Below are positions 18,939 through 28,760 of a stretch of DNA of 64,000 nucleotides, in pieces (position 1 is the stretch's first letter; the number at the start of each line of letters is the position of its first letter). Origin of the DNA: an uncultured Alphaproteobacteria bacterium. GTDB taxonomy: Bacteria > Pseudomonadota > Alphaproteobacteria > Rs-D84. The notes under the pieces were generated by a model. The model made no database searches. It worked only from the letters and a program-made list of their open reading frames with translations, and was not told the origin of the DNA. The position numbers were made by a program, and so were the translations under genes. The stretch is taken from NCBI GenBank assembly GCA_944389595.1, contig CALXMY010000001.1, positions 179-64,178 of the forward strand, read 5' to 3'.

Positions 18939-20383
18939 TACTTTTTACCAACCGCATTTGATATGATACCGAATATTTGCTTTGGTGTGTTCCATATTTT
19001 TTTACCTAAATCTTTTGCCCATGTTCCAAAATCAAATTGTTCACCTTTACCGGCCTTGTCCAATCCGAATATGGCGGAAACTTTTGGTTTAATGGCCCAA
19101 AAATACAATGCGAATAATAATATCATCATCAACAGAAAATCCCATCCGTCGCGCATAAAATCAAATGCACCGGGATATTCGCGTTCAATTGTTGCGCGTT
19201 GCGCGGTAAAACAGTCACGGAATTTATCGGCATCCATTTCACCGTCAGCGGTTGCGACCTGTTCGCATGTGGAAAATACATTTATTATCGACATTGTTTG
19301 GGCATCAGGATTTTCAACAGTGCGCCCCATCATTGGCGGTAAAATCGCGCTGTATCCGTCCACAGGCCCCGGGAAATACGCATCAGCGGCATATGCAACG
19401 ATGGCATACGTTAATATAACTTTCAAAGTAATACTGATAATTTGAACAGCGGATTCCACCAATTTATTAATTGCATTTTTTACAACCCCACTGGCCAAAG
19501 ACCATGTTTGTTCAAATGCCGCCGCCCCCAATATCAGTGGCAAAAATATGATATAAAACACCAATTTAAATATTACTGATAAAACCTGGAATACTAAATC
19601 GAATCCGATTATCAAAAACATCAAAACCAATGTCAATCCGGCCAGCCATGTAAATACGCCACCGCCCAAATCCAACCATGCATAATTCATTAACGAAAAA
19701 CCGCCCGCCGCGCCGGCCAACATGACGCTGTTAATGTTTCCCATAACGCACATAAAAGGTTGTAATATTGGTGCCAATACATTATCAGATGCATTCGCGG
19801 CATCAATTGCACCACATTGCGCGGCATCCGATACCCCAGATGCCGCCATTGATAATTCGGCACCAACAAATAACACCGGTGTAATTGTAATGTTCGCAAC
19901 CGTGCGCAATGCCGCCGTGCCGCCCATCCCCAGTGCACCCATCAGTGCGCCAACAATTAATACGCGTGCACCCTGTCGCCATACTTTGTCAAACCAGCCG
20001 GCCAATTCCAGTTTTTTTTCTTTTTCATCCAGTTTTGCTGTTTCTTTGGCCGCATTAAAAATATATTGCCCCGTGTGCACGAATAAAAATAATCCGAATC
20101 CAATGGCCAATAAAATCCAAATGTTATCAACCATGGCGGTCCAAAACATTTCGGCCGCATTACCGATAACAACAAATAAATCCTCGATATATTTGCACAG
20201 AAAACATCCATTCGCAGATGCAATATCGCCGTCACCCGCACCAATTGCGTTTAAAAAGCCATCCATACTGGTATATGTTATTGCATCGCCACTGATTGCT
20301 GATGTCAAATACCATATACCAACGCCGATTGCTATCAGCGCCATGGCAATTTGTATGGCAATCATAATCAGTTTTGCTTTCAC
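18938..20383 (-). CDS. polytopic membrane protein, TrbL/VirB6-like, paralog 2
   Basis: 481 aa; GCFLCKYIEDLF CxxC motif, multiple TM helices, C-tail DLGKKIWNT..KK; GTG start at 20383 overlaps upstream stop (alt ATG 20365). Confidence 0.55.
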   Translation of the reverse strand: MKAKLIMIAIQIAMALIAIGVGIWYLTSAISGDAITYTSMDGFLNAIGAGDGDIASANGCFLCKYIEDLFVVIGNAAEMFWTAMVDNIWILLAIGFGLFLFVHTGQYIFNAAKETAKLDEKEKKLELAGWFDKVWRQGARVLIVGALMGALGMGGTAALRTVANITITPVLFVGAELSMAASGVSDAAQCGAIDAANASDNVLAPILQPFMCVMGNINSVMLAGAAGGFSLMNYAWLDLGGGVFTWLAGLTLVLMFLIIGFDLVFQVLSVIFKLVFYIIFLPLILGAAAFEQTWSLASGVVKNAINKLVESAVQIISITLKVILTYAIVAYAADAYFPGPVDGYSAILPPMMGRTVENPDAQTMSIINVFSTCEQVATADGEMDADKFRDCFTAQRATIEREYPGAFDFMRDGWDFLLMMILLFALYFWAIKPKVSAIFGLDKAGKGEQFDFGTWAKDLGKKIWNTPKQIFGIISNAVGKK

Positions 20384-21591
20384 TTCTTTTCTGCGCTTTG
20401 GTTTTTATTATCGTCTTTCTTTTCGCCGCCATTCAATATATTTTTACCGATATTTTTGGCGACATTTACAACATTTGTTGTCAATTTCATTGCGTCGTCA
20501 GCCAATTGTTCGCTTAATTTATTATCAGGCGACACGCCGAACGATTCCCATACCATTGATGTAACCTGGGGAATTTGTCCATATATAAAGTTTAACACAT
20601 ATATCAATATTATGCATCCACCAACAGTCATTGCGGCCAAATTATCATCTGATAAATCTTCTGCGAAAATATTGCCACTGGTAATTAAATCCATAACTTC
20701 GTTCACACTTTGCCCCGGTTCAGAAAAGAATTTTGCAATTATCACCATAATAATTGTATATGTCAGCACCGCAGATACCAATGCGATAATTGCATTTATC
20801 AGTTTTTTAAATTGATTGGTGCCAACCTCTTTGCCCAACCCAGACATCCATTTTGGGGCATCATCGCCCTTGAACGCGACCAATATTAATGACAATGGGA
20901 AAAAGAATGCGAAAAACGTCATTGCCACAATGATATCGGCAAAATAAAAGCAAAATCGTACAAATAATTTGAAAAATCCATAAAACAGATACAGCCCGAT
21001 AAAAAATAAAATAATATGTTTAATCAGTGAACCAATGCCAAACAATGCTTTTAATGAAAAAGCTTTGTCCATAACAGCAATACCCAATTTCATATATGAT
21101 TGAAATTGTGTAATTGTTGTTTTCATCAACATAATGATAGTATCGCGCAATTGTGGACGATAAAATCCATCATCGGACATTTGCATTGGTTGATATGTAA
21201 CTTTTTCATTAACGATGTCGTTATCAGTGTTTAACATGCTGTGCGTATAAATCAGTGCGATATTTGCCGCCGGTTCAAAAGTTATTGTCGTAATAAAGCG
21301 CGGCAGCATTACCCCCATGCTTAAAAATGTTAACGAAACCAATGAATTTATTAACAGTGGCTTTAAAGATTTCTGATACCATGGATCTGTTATTCCACCT
21401 TTGATATTTTTCCATACAGCGTTTATTACATAAAATGCAAACAATATGCAAAACAGAATGGCACAGAAAATTGCAAATTGGTTATATACTGATGCGGCCG
21501 CATCAGATACAATTTGAAACAAACGGTCAAATACCGGGCAACCCCAACATTGCACCGCAGAATCAACCAAAGAATTCATAAAATCGTTCAT
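20380..21591 (-). CDS. polytopic membrane protein, TrbL/VirB6-like, paralog 3
   Basis: 403 aa; QCWGCPVFDRLF CxxC motif; multiple TM; C-tail NIGKNILNGGEKK; ATGA overlap with paralog 4 stop. Confidence 0.55.
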   Translation of the reverse strand: MNDFMNSLVDSAVQCWGCPVFDRLFQIVSDAAASVYNQFAIFCAILFCILFAFYVINAVWKNIKGGITDPWYQKSLKPLLINSLVSLTFLSMGVMLPRFITTITFEPAANIALIYTHSMLNTDNDIVNEKVTYQPMQMSDDGFYRPQLRDTIIMLMKTTITQFQSYMKLGIAVMDKAFSLKALFGIGSLIKHIILFFIGLYLFYGFFKLFVRFCFYFADIIVAMTFFAFFFPLSLILVAFKGDDAPKWMSGLGKEVGTNQFKKLINAIIALVSAVLTYTIIMVIIAKFFSEPGQSVNEVMDLITSGNIFAEDLSDDNLAAMTVGGCIILIYVLNFIYGQIPQVTSMVWESFGVSPDNKLSEQLADDAMKLTTNVVNVAKNIGKNILNGGEKKDDNKNQSAEKK

Positions 21592-22883
21592 TTCTTTTTA
21601 ATCCATCCAAATGCGGTTCCCAGTGTTTTGCCCAAATTTTTAACGTTTTTCTGTAATACTTTTGTGTCGCCTTTGACCTGGTTGTATAAATTATCCATTC
21701 CCTTGCCCACGTATGAATCCAATTGTTCGCGTGTCAGATTAAATATACGAAACATTAAATAAAATGTTAATATCGCAGACAGCCATAATATTGAATGTTC
21801 ACCAAATCCCAATGCATTGGTCGCCACAGATGGTACATTTGATGTCGATGTTCCGCCGGCCGCAACAACAAATACAGATGAATTCCATCGGAATAACGAT
21901 TTTACGATCGCAATATTTACGCATAATATAAATGCGCATGCGATTGTTGTTATAACGATTTTTTGTAATGCCTTGGTTATGCCGCCGAATGCCGGCCATA
22001 TGTCCAGCCATTTTTCATTTGATTTTACCACATATGTTAAAACCTGAAACGGATACATTATTAATGCCATGCCAAAATTAAATATTGCCTGGATTATCAG
22101 CAATGCCATAAATAAATTACTGGCCACAAATGTGAATATTAAAATTATTCCTGTGACAATGTTTAAAAAGTCTTCGCCACCATGTGGAATCAGCGTTATC
22201 AGCCCGCGCAATCCGGATGTTACAAAATCAAATCCGCGTTTTATTATTTGATTGTTGGCATTTGATATATCGGATACCGGTTGGACCAGAAATTCGCAAC
22301 TTTCGCGTGTAATCCAGCCTTCTTGGATTATTGATTGCGGACATTCTATTTTTTTACCCGATACGCCGGCCTCGTTAATTGTATTGGTAATACTTTCGGT
22401 ATAATATGCGCCAAATTGCAGAAATGGGTTAATCAGCCATTCTGTCATATACACAGGTTTTAATTGCAATAAAATAGTTACCGCGATAATGGCGCGAATT
22501 GCCGGTTTTAACATATTTGTTGCAATTGTCATACCGCTGATACCATCGGCCATTTCGCCACCACCAGAAAATCCAAAAAAACCGACCCATGTTTTCGGAA
22601 AATATAATTTCAGCAAATACATTGCCATTGATACGATTAAAAATCCCCACACTAAAATATAAATAATACCGTCGCCATTGCCGACAAAAAATTCATATCC
22701 GCCGGTTGCGACCGCCATCAACGCATCCAATATTGTTGGAATTAATGGTGCCAAATTCAATGCATCAACAATTGCATATTGGGCGGCATTTGCATCAATC
22801 GGGGTACACAAAAACACGGCCAAAACCACCAATGGTATTGCGCGAATAAATATATTATAAACTATCGATTTTATAAAAAACAT
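21588..22883 (-). CDS. polytopic membrane protein, TrbL/VirB6-like, paralog 4
   Basis: approx 431 aa from ATG 22883 (track start 22910 is TTG); signal peptide MFFIKSIVYNIFIRAIPLVVLAVFLCTPIDANA; multiple TM; C-tail NLGKTLGTAFGWIKKK. Confidence 0.55.
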   Translation of the reverse strand: MFFIKSIVYNIFIRAIPLVVLAVFLCTPIDANAAQYAIVDALNLAPLIPTILDALMAVATGGYEFFVGNGDGIIYILVWGFLIVSMAMYLLKLYFPKTWVGFFGFSGGGEMADGISGMTIATNMLKPAIRAIIAVTILLQLKPVYMTEWLINPFLQFGAYYTESITNTINEAGVSGKKIECPQSIIQEGWITRESCEFLVQPVSDISNANNQIIKRGFDFVTSGLRGLITLIPHGGEDFLNIVTGIILIFTFVASNLFMALLIIQAIFNFGMALIMYPFQVLTYVVKSNEKWLDIWPAFGGITKALQKIVITTIACAFILCVNIAIVKSLFRWNSSVFVVAAGGTSTSNVPSVATNALGFGEHSILWLSAILTFYLMFRIFNLTREQLDSYVGKGMDNLYNQVKGDTKVLQKNVKNLGKTLGTAFGWIKKK

Positions 22884-22933
22884 TCTCTCGGTATTATTTT
22901 GTCTTTTCAATTATATCACATTTAGGGCAAAAT

Positions 22934-24241
22934 ATGATATACTTAAAAACAATGAGCAAGTTAAAAAAATTCTGGATTATTTTTTTATCGTTCCTGCCGT
23001 TTTCGGCGGGTGCCGCGGCACCGTTGGTTATTGGGGCAATTGCGGGATTGGGGGTTATTGCCGGATTTTCGATTTACAGAACGGCCGCCCCGGTAAATAT
23101 GGCAGATTCATTGAATTTTTTTTCCAGTTGCTGGTCGTGCCAGATGTTTTCGGACATAATTGCAATAATGTCCGGATTGGTTCCGCGGGTGTATGATGCG
23201 TTGGCTGGCGTTATTATACCGTTTGCGGCGGTATTAATGGCAATATGGTTTGCATGGAAATTGCTGTCTGGTTTTATAAATACAAAAATGGATGAAACAT
23301 GGTCGTTGGTTGGCGATTTTGGGACGAAATTTATAAAATTGGCTTTTGTTTCGGCATTGTTATTAATTCCATTACCACGGTTATTGACTGATATTGTAAT
23401 TGAACCGGTATTTAATGTCGGTTTGTCGTTAAACAGAATTGTTTCCGGAAACGACGAATTTGCAAAATGTGTTGTTGCGACTGCGGTGGCAGATCCGACC
23501 GCCGCCAGTGTGGATGCCGCATCATCGGGCGCGTTTTCGCCACAATTGCGCCATAATTTGACATGTGAAATTGCAAACATGCATCAAATGACCGGATTGG
23601 GAATGACGGTCGGGTGGACAATGCTGAACATGGCATTTAATGACGAATATATGCATCATATTTTATGGGTAATCCCAATATTTCCAAATGTGCCGATTTT
23701 CTTTGCCGGGTTATTAATATTGGTTGTATTCTTTTTCGCGTTATTACCAGTTCCCCTGTATTTTTTGGAGGTTTTTATAAAACTGGCCATGGATTTGGTA
23801 ATGTTGCCATTTATGCTGTTGTCATGGTTATTTGATGGATGGGCCATATTTCCAAAGGGCGGCCGTAATATAAAAAATATGATAAATGATGTGATAAAGG
23901 GCACCCTTGGCATCGCCATGGTCGGGGTTTTTGTTACGTTTTCGGTAATGTTTTTAAACGCCGTGTTTGGCCAGTGGCGCGGCGCGGACAGATTGGCCCT
24001 GGCATTGGCCGAAAACGATTCGACAATTTTGATGGATGGTTTGTTAATGCGAAATGACAGTATTATCACTATCTTATTAATGGGGCTGTTTTTTGCAATG
24101 TTTATGACAATGATACCTGCGCTGGTAAAATCTATATTTACCAATGTGGAAATTCCGAATACATTCTACGAATCGACCAAGAAAAATTTAAATATTGTGT
24201 GGGGAAACATGAAAAAATGGTACACATCACTAAAAAAATAA
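22934..24241 (+). CDS. polytopic membrane protein, TrbL/VirB6-like, paralog 5 (divergent)
   Basis: 435 aa (alt start 22952); signal peptide, SCWSCQMFSDII CxxC motif, multiple TM, C-tail KKNLNIVWGNMKKWYTSLKK. Confidence 0.55.
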   Translation: MIYLKTMSKLKKFWIIFLSFLPFSAGAAAPLVIGAIAGLGVIAGFSIYRTAAPVNMADSLNFFSSCWSCQMFSDIIAIMSGLVPRVYDALAGVIIPFAAVLMAIWFAWKLLSGFINTKMDETWSLVGDFGTKFIKLAFVSALLLIPLPRLLTDIVIEPVFNVGLSLNRIVSGNDEFAKCVVATAVADPTAASVDAASSGAFSPQLRHNLTCEIANMHQMTGLGMTVGWTMLNMAFNDEYMHHILWVIPIFPNVPIFFAGLLILVVFFFALLPVPLYFLEVFIKLAMDLVMLPFMLLSWLFDGWAIFPKGGRNIKNMINDVIKGTLGIAMVGVFVTFSVMFLNAVFGQWRGADRLALALAENDSTILMDGLLMRNDSIITILLMGLFFAMFMTMIPALVKSIFTNVEIPNTFYESTKKNLNIVWGNMKKWYTSLKK

Positions 24242-24309
24242 AAAATCAAGTGCTTTATTTAACGTGCCCCCCTTTTTTGTGTCGTCCGAATCTGATATAA
24301 TTCATAGCA

Positions 24310-24831
24310 ATGAAACAGTTTCCGATTCTTTATTGGCCACGCAAAACCACCGCCGACCCGGATTACCAGTTGGCGCGCAAGATTATAAATAACACAACCG
24401 GTGTCATGCCGGATGTTTTGACCGGCCCAACCGATATAGTTGAAATATTGGCACAAAATCCAAATGCCACGGTTTATTATCCTGTGTTTTGCGAATCGAC
24501 CGGATGGTGGGGGGAACTGTTGGGCGGCGATGCCATTGTAACGGATAAATTAATAATATCCCCGGAATGTCAATTGATGGTAATCGAATCATCAAAAATG
24601 ACAAACGCAACATCCACGCGTGGCGGCAAACATCAACTGTTGGCGGCGGAAATATACCCGGCCAGCGGTTTTTTTAAGAAAATGAATTCCGGAATTGCAA
24701 CGGTTGCGGATATGTTGGCAACTGATGCGGGGACTATTTTGGCATTGTTTGCGGGGAAAAATCAGTCCCAATTTATAAATGTATTGGAATCAACGGGAAA
24801 TTCATATTTGGGGTGTATTGGGCGGTATTAA
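24310..24831 (+). CDS. hypothetical protein
   Basis: 173 aa ORF, no family recognised. Confidence 0.45.
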   Translation: MKQFPILYWPRKTTADPDYQLARKIINNTTGVMPDVLTGPTDIVEILAQNPNATVYYPVFCESTGWWGELLGGDAIVTDKLIISPECQLMVIESSKMTNATSTRGGKHQLLAAEIYPASGFFKKMNSGIATVADMLATDAGTILALFAGKNQSQFINVLESTGNSYLGCIGRY

Positions 24832-24910
24832 TGTGTTATTATTGCTTGATTTCTGTAAAAATACTTGTATAATTTCGTGGCTTTATGAATTTTAATAAAA
24901 GGGTAAAATG

Positions 24911-25123
24911 ATGAAAAAAGGCATTCATCCAGAATATTACGCAATTAATGTGACCAGAACAGACGGTAAAACAATTGTTATGTATTCTTCGGAAAAGAAA
25001 GATTTGGTGTTATCCACAGATAATTTGAATCATTCCGCATTTACGGGCCAACGCAACAACGCCGGCGAAAAGGGCCAGCGTGCCGCCGAATTTAAAAGTA
25101 AATTTGCCGGATTCAAATTTTAA
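24911..25123 (+). CDS. rpmE: 50S ribosomal protein L31
   Basis: MKKGIHPEYY ... FTGQRN ... G; Cys-less L31 type. Confidence 0.8.
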   Translation: MKKGIHPEYYAINVTRTDGKTIVMYSSEKKDLVLSTDNLNHSAFTGQRNNAGEKGQRAAEFKSKFAGFKF

Positions 25124-25135
25124 TATTCATGGGGC

Positions 25136-25846
25136 ATGGCAATGGAATTGCTGATCAAAGGTTCAACCGAATTAAACAAAATGTTTATGGCACTGCAACG
25201 GACTGCATCCGGGTTGCGCCACGATTTTGGCGAGGTTGAAAATCTGCAGCAATCATTGCATGGTGCACGTGATTTTGTTAAAAAGGCCGCCGCCAGAATA
25301 GAGGAAAGCATTCTGGGGGATTTATTGTTGGTGCGCCCATCGGCCGGGCTGTTAACACCGAATGTGTCGCATACCGGTGACGGGCGTGATGAATTTGTGT
25401 TGGCTTTATCGGGTGCGGCAAATTTTGTTCGTGCCAATCCACATTTTGCAATATCATTGGCATTACGTTCAAATGATGAAACAAAAATTGCATTGGTATA
25501 TTCGCCAATTGATGAACGTTTATATTATGCCGAATCTGAACGTGGCGCGTATGCATATTCAACATATCATTCCGCGCGTGTGCGTGTGTCGAATTTGTCC
25601 GAACCGGCGGATTTGACTGTGGCGTGTAATACATCTGCACTTTGTGGTGATTTTGGCGATATACGTCGTACCGGGTGCCCGGCACTGGATTTGGCGTGGG
25701 TTGCGGCCGGCAAATTTGATGCATTTGTATCAGACCCATTGGATTTTGCCGAAATTGCGGCCGGCGATTTATTGGTACGCGAGGCCGGCGGAAAAATTGA
25801 GATGGGGGCCGAATTGGTTGCCACAAATGGTCGGGTTGTTTTATAA
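25136..25846 (+). CDS. inositol monophosphatase-family protein with degenerate metal-binding motifs
   Basis: C-terminal half matches IMPase fold (ALDLAWVAAGKFDAFVS, DFAEIAAGDLLVREAGG) but canonical DPIDGT is replaced by ALSGAANF. Confidence 0.55.
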   Translation: MAMELLIKGSTELNKMFMALQRTASGLRHDFGEVENLQQSLHGARDFVKKAAARIEESILGDLLLVRPSAGLLTPNVSHTGDGRDEFVLALSGAANFVRANPHFAISLALRSNDETKIALVYSPIDERLYYAESERGAYAYSTYHSARVRVSNLSEPADLTVACNTSALCGDFGDIRRTGCPALDLAWVAAGKFDAFVSDPLDFAEIAAGDLLVREAGGKIEMGAELVATNGRVVL

Positions 25847-25863
25847 ATAACTGTTTATTATAA

Positions 25864-25888
25864 TTTCCCGCACATGCGGGATTTTTTG
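25864..25888 (+). terminator. rho-independent terminator
   Basis: TTCCCGCACATGCGGGATTTTTT after stop of 25136..25846. Confidence 0.7.
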
Positions 25889-26357
25889 ATGGCCCTGGGG
25901 GTCATCTTTATTTCTTGTTATTAAAACAGAAAAAAATATGACGACACACACCATTTTCTGCCGGGTCAAAAAATAATTCCCGGGCCACAGGAAAAATGGG
26001 TGGGAATGCCATTTTTTTTATGTGGAGATAAGACGGGCATTCCCATTTTTACAAACACTTTTTACCGCAATAATTAAAAAATTATGGCGGTTGGAGGTTC
26101 AAAACTATATTAAGCAATAGCGGAACTTATTCAATGTATTCATTCCCCTCCAACCCAATATGGTTGGCGGGATTTTAACGCAACCCGGTGCGTGCTTAAT
26201 AAGAGGTTTTGATGCCCCGCATCAGTTTTAATTCTGAATGCCCAACAATTATATCATGTTTTATTTTAAAAATCTATAAAATAAAGTACAGGCGCACATA
26301 AAAACAATTAACACAAAACTTGCAAACATGTAATAAATATCCTAAGATTCAAAGGCT

Positions 26358-28406
26358 ATGAAATTTAAAAAAATACTGCGTATTTTTCTGAATATACTGT
26401 TTTGGGGCTTTACATTTGGCATTGCCGCATTGGCGGTGTTGATTTTTATTTACGGTAATGATTTGCCGGATTATAAAAAATTGGCAACATATGCCCCACC
26501 GGTGGCAACGCGTTTGTACGCATCAGATGGCAGTTTATTAATCGAATACGCCGAAGAACGTCGTGTTTTTATTGATTTTGACGATTTGCCACCGCAATTG
26601 GTAAACGCCTTTATCGCGGCCGAGGATCAAAATTTCTGGACGCATCCGGGTATTGATGTCCAGGGTATTATGCGCGCATTGGTAAATAATGGTTTGCATA
26701 TGATGGGATTCGATGCGCGTTTTTCCGGTGCATCAACAATTACACAACAGGTTGCAAAAAATTTCTTTTTAACATCCGAACGTACAATTTCCCGTAAAAT
26801 CAAAGAGGCTATTTTAGCCCTGCGTTTGGAACGCACTTTTTCCAAGGAACATATTTTAACACTGTATATGAATCAGATTTATTTGGGCGCGCGCGCATAT
26901 GGTGTTGGTTCGGCGGCATTAATGTATTTTAACAAGCCCGTATCAGAATTAACATTATCGGAATGCGCGTTTTTGGCCGCTTTGCCAAAGGCACCCAATA
27001 ACCGTGACAATGCAATCCAACGTCGCAATTACGTTTTAAATCGCATGGTTGACGAAGGGTATATAACACGGGCCGATGCTGATGCGGCGGCGGCCGAACA
27101 ATTAAATATAAACAGCGGCTTTACCGCACAAATGGATGCCGATTTTCAATATTTTGCCGAAGATGTGCGTCGTCAATTATTAAATGAACTGGGGCGTGAA
27201 ACGCTGTATAACGATGGGTTGTATATAAAAACAACAATTGTCCCGGAATTGCAGCATGCGGCCAGTGCGGCGTTGAACAAGGAACTGGACAACTATAATT
27301 CCATACGCGGCGAAAACGAACAAAAATTACAGGGTGCCATTATCGCAATGAATCCGCATACGGGGCGTGTTGTTGCGATGGCGGGTGGGCGCGCATTCAG
27401 TGAAAGTTCTTTTAATCGCGCAACCCAGGCAATGCGCCAAATTGGCAGTACGATAAAACCTTTTGTATATTTGGCCGCATTGGAACGCGGCACTTCGCCC
27501 CAGGCATTAATTTTGGATGCACCAATCGTCGGATGGCGCGAAGATAATACGTTATGGAAGCCTGAAAATTATGATAAAAAATTTCTGGGTGATATTCCAC
27601 TGCGTTATGCATTGGAAACATCGCGTAATGTCCCGGCGGTACGTATGGTGCAAAGTTTGGGGGTTGAAAACGCCATCGAAGTTGCCCAGCGTTTCGGTGT
27701 GTATCCAATGGATTTGGACAATATAAATCTGTCATTGGCATTGGGGTCGGGCGAAACAACATTGGCGCGTTTGGTGTCGGGGTATTCCGCGTTTGTAAAT
27801 GGCGGGTACGTTATTCAACCAAAATTGGTTGATTATATCCAGGACCGTTATGGACGCACATTGGATGGAAACACAATCGAACTGATTAATTGGCAACCTG
27901 ATTTGTTGCCCCCAGAAAGGGTATCCGATGCCCAACCATTATCCGACCCGCAAAGTTTGTATCAAATGGTGTCAATATTGCAGGGAACGGTTGAACGCGG
28001 AACCGGAAAACAGGCACGTGTGCCTGGGCATACAATTGCCGGAAAAACGGGTACAACAAATGATGTCAAAGATATTTGGTTTGTTGGCTTTTCAAAAAAT
28101 TTAATCGCAGGTGTTTATTTGGGCTTTGATATGCCGGCCCCATTGGGGCGTGGCGCGGGCAGTCACATGGCCGCGCGCGTGTTTGCTGATTTTATGAAAA
28201 CGGCATTGGCGGGTGAAAAAAATCAGCCATTTTCTGTGCCAGACGGGTTAACATTTGTTCGGGTTAATCGTATGTCTGGGGCGGCGGCATCGGATGATCC
28301 AAATGGCACAATTATTACCGAGGCATTTAAACCAGGGCAAAAGCCGAATCCGGCCCCGCAAAAAGATAAATCACAAAGTGGGCCCGTGGTTGGCGGCGTA
28401 TTTTAA
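26358..28406 (+). CDS. mrcA: penicillin-binding protein 1A (bifunctional transglycosylase/transpeptidase)
   Basis: N-terminal TM; GT51 motifs EDQNFWTHPGID, RKIKEA; transpeptidase STIKPF (SxxK), SRN, KTGTT. Confidence 0.85.
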   Translation: MKFKKILRIFLNILFWGFTFGIAALAVLIFIYGNDLPDYKKLATYAPPVATRLYASDGSLLIEYAEERRVFIDFDDLPPQLVNAFIAAEDQNFWTHPGIDVQGIMRALVNNGLHMMGFDARFSGASTITQQVAKNFFLTSERTISRKIKEAILALRLERTFSKEHILTLYMNQIYLGARAYGVGSAALMYFNKPVSELTLSECAFLAALPKAPNNRDNAIQRRNYVLNRMVDEGYITRADADAAAAEQLNINSGFTAQMDADFQYFAEDVRRQLLNELGRETLYNDGLYIKTTIVPELQHAASAALNKELDNYNSIRGENEQKLQGAIIAMNPHTGRVVAMAGGRAFSESSFNRATQAMRQIGSTIKPFVYLAALERGTSPQALILDAPIVGWREDNTLWKPENYDKKFLGDIPLRYALETSRNVPAVRMVQSLGVENAIEVAQRFGVYPMDLDNINLSLALGSGETTLARLVSGYSAFVNGGYVIQPKLVDYIQDRYGRTLDGNTIELINWQPDLLPPERVSDAQPLSDPQSLYQMVSILQGTVERGTGKQARVPGHTIAGKTGTTNDVKDIWFVGFSKNLIAGVYLGFDMPAPLGRGAGSHMAARVFADFMKTALAGEKNQPFSVPDGLTFVRVNRMSGAAASDDPNGTIITEAFKPGQKPNPAPQKDKSQSGPVVGGVF

Positions 28407-28417
28407 TGGGGGGACAT

Positions 28418-28705
28418 ATGAAACTTTTACTGTTAATATCGGCGATTTTATTGGGGGCATGCGACCAAAATGCAACCAAAATGGTATGTGGCGAATATGA
28501 TGTAAAATATGACATTATAAATAATGGCGATGCCATCAGTGCCGTAATAAATGGCGATAAAGTGACATTGAATATCGCAATTTCTGGGTCGGGGGCGCGT
28601 TATGTTGGTGAATTAAATGGCGCAATTGTTACATTGTGGAACAGTGGTCCGGACTGGACAATGTTTTTAAATGATGGTGCCCCGATATCGTGCACAATTA
28701 AATAA
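28418..28705 (+). CDS. MliC-family lysozyme-inhibitor lipoprotein
   Basis: lipoprotein signal MKLLLLISAILLGAC; SGSGARY motif characteristic of MliC/PliC. Confidence 0.5.
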   Translation: MKLLLLISAILLGACDQNATKMVCGEYDVKYDIINNGDAISAVINGDKVTLNIAISGSGARYVGELNGAIVTLWNSGPDWTMFLNDGAPISCTIK

Positions 28706-28760
28706 TTTTTGTTTTGGAAAATTTATGTGATAAAATGTCAGCATAAGAAGGAGAATTTTT

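Noticed and set aside
25889-26357. tmRNA / RNase P RNA / 4.5S RNA in the long mrcA upstream region
   Set aside because: None of the conserved motifs I know (tRNA-like GGTTCGANTCC...CCA end, RNase P GGAAAGTCCGGGCTCC, SRP GGAAGCAGCC) are present. Left as an unexplained structured region.
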